Source of the DNA: Octopus vulgaris
Taxonomy: Eukaryota
Assembly (NCBI GenBank): GCA_951406725.2
Contig: OX597815.1
Location: 33,914,001-33,978,000, forward strand
Length of the DNA: 64,000 nucleotides
Direction: 5' to 3'
Position 1 is the first letter of the stretch; each line of letters begins with the position of its first letter. A program made the translations under genes and the position numbers. Below are positions 62,721-64,000 of this stretch, in pieces. The notes under the pieces were generated by a model. That model did not search any database and was not told the DNA's origin. It saw nothing but the letters and a program-made list of their open reading frames with translations.

Positions 62721-63092
62721 AACTTAGATAAACTTAGATATGTTTCGACCAGAGATTGGTCCAGGCCATGTCTAACTTAATAGCACCACCTGATAGGTTT
62801 ATTGGAATCCTGTTTAAGTCAAGTTGGTCCATTCAAGTAGTGAGTTCTTGTTGGGTGAGTTGTATCCAATTATGGGTGGCTTATCTGGTATTCTTTGAAG
62901 GAATCTATCCAGACTCCGTTTAAAGTTGATGGGATCCTTTTCCTCTTTGATCTCTTTCGGGACAATGTTAAATAGGGCAGGGCCTGTTGAGGAAGAGAAA
63001 TTATGTTGCAGTGTACATGTATGCTGTGATCTTGAATTGGGCAGGGGACGTATGGCCCGTGGTCCCAGTCTTGGATGAACCTTGAAGCTAAT
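62721..63092 (-). mobile_element. 5'-truncated CR1/L2-group LINE 3' end
   Basis: ORF C-terminus GPALFNIVPKEIK..FKRSLDRFLQRIPDKP; 3' stem-loop GACCA..TGGTC; (TATCTAAGTT)2 tail. Confidence 0.8.
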
Positions 63093-64000
63093 AGAGGTAA
63101 ATTTTCGACAGTTCAGTTGAAGTTCCTGTTTCAATTCACGCTGTTTATTCTACATTATACTATCGATAGATTTTAAATAGTTTAAATCTTCAAATTTCTT
63201 CTCAGCTAAAAATGTAGGATTATTTTTGTGAACCAAAATAAAAGAATATCAATTTCGACGCTGAGTATATGTCGGTAAGTTTTTCACAATTTCTTTGGGC
63301 GTTATTCTTTTCCCATGGGTATGTGTGTGTGTTTTTATGTTAACAGTTTATATCCTAGGGCAGCTACCACAACAACCAGTTACATCACATGCTTTTAATC
63401 CAAACCTAAATTTGTGTTTATAAGATGCAGGCTTTGTGTGTTTATGTGTATGTATGTGTGTGTTGATCGTTGGTGTTCTAAAGTTGTAAATGAAAACATC
63501 TACAATTATGGTACCTACAAGAATCATAGCAATGTTACACATTATTATCGATAAGCATCGTCATCAGAGAACGGACTTTTGTGAAAAAAAATATCTGGCG
63601 TGTCCCAAACAGGGAGAAATATTTAAATAGCGCTCCACTTGTTCTTCCCGAAGGAACATTGCATGCATTACCCACCACCAACACTCATACAAGCACACAC
63701 ACACACATACACACACACTCGAAATCTCTTTCACAGGATGATTACCGGTGTAACAATAAGACAGAATCATCGGTTAGTTCGGTTAGATCACGACCGCTGA
63801 CAAACATACAGACAACCAAAGCAGATTCACCGGTGATGGAACAGTGGAGAGAAGTAAGGACTTTATAATCCTTCAGTCAGTATTTTACAATCCTTCAGAT
63901 TTTATTATAACCCTTCAGTTAGTTAATATGAAAGAGCATCCAGCAAGCAGCTTTAGTGATTTTTAGTTCTGTCGTCCAAGGTTTATATTTCAAATACTAC

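Overview
AT-rich, repeat-dense eukaryotic genomic DNA. The SINE, LINE and microsatellite content suggests a coleoid cephalopod, probably Octopus (inference). A single + strand spliced gene, a PDXDC1 orthologue (pyridoxal-dependent decarboxylase domain-containing protein 1), dominates the window. I assembled 20 phase-consistent coding exons by hand from 1114 to the stop at 44149, giving 748 full codons plus the stop; the N-terminal exon(s) lie upstream of the window. Introns and the downstream flank contain mariner and DD37D/maT-like DNA transposons, TTAA-flanked MITEs, RTE and CR1-type LINE fragments, two tRNA-derived SINE families, a 995-bp solo LTR and long microsatellites. Most notable: (1) a textbook U12-type (minor spliceosome) GT-AG intron at 10732-11979; (2) retention of a Lys at the PLP Schiff-base position and of the HVD Asp, which to my recollection the human protein lacks; (3) several long inverted-repeat structures that could form dsRNA (ADAR or circRNA candidates); (4) a degenerate Penelope-type minimal hammerhead ribozyme at 52998-53043; (5) a templated local duplication with an inverted linker; (6) a CpG-density step near 51-52 kb. 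I found no evidence of a prokaryote-style novel system (no CRISPR array or operon). Almost all supplied ORFs are spurious repeat translations.
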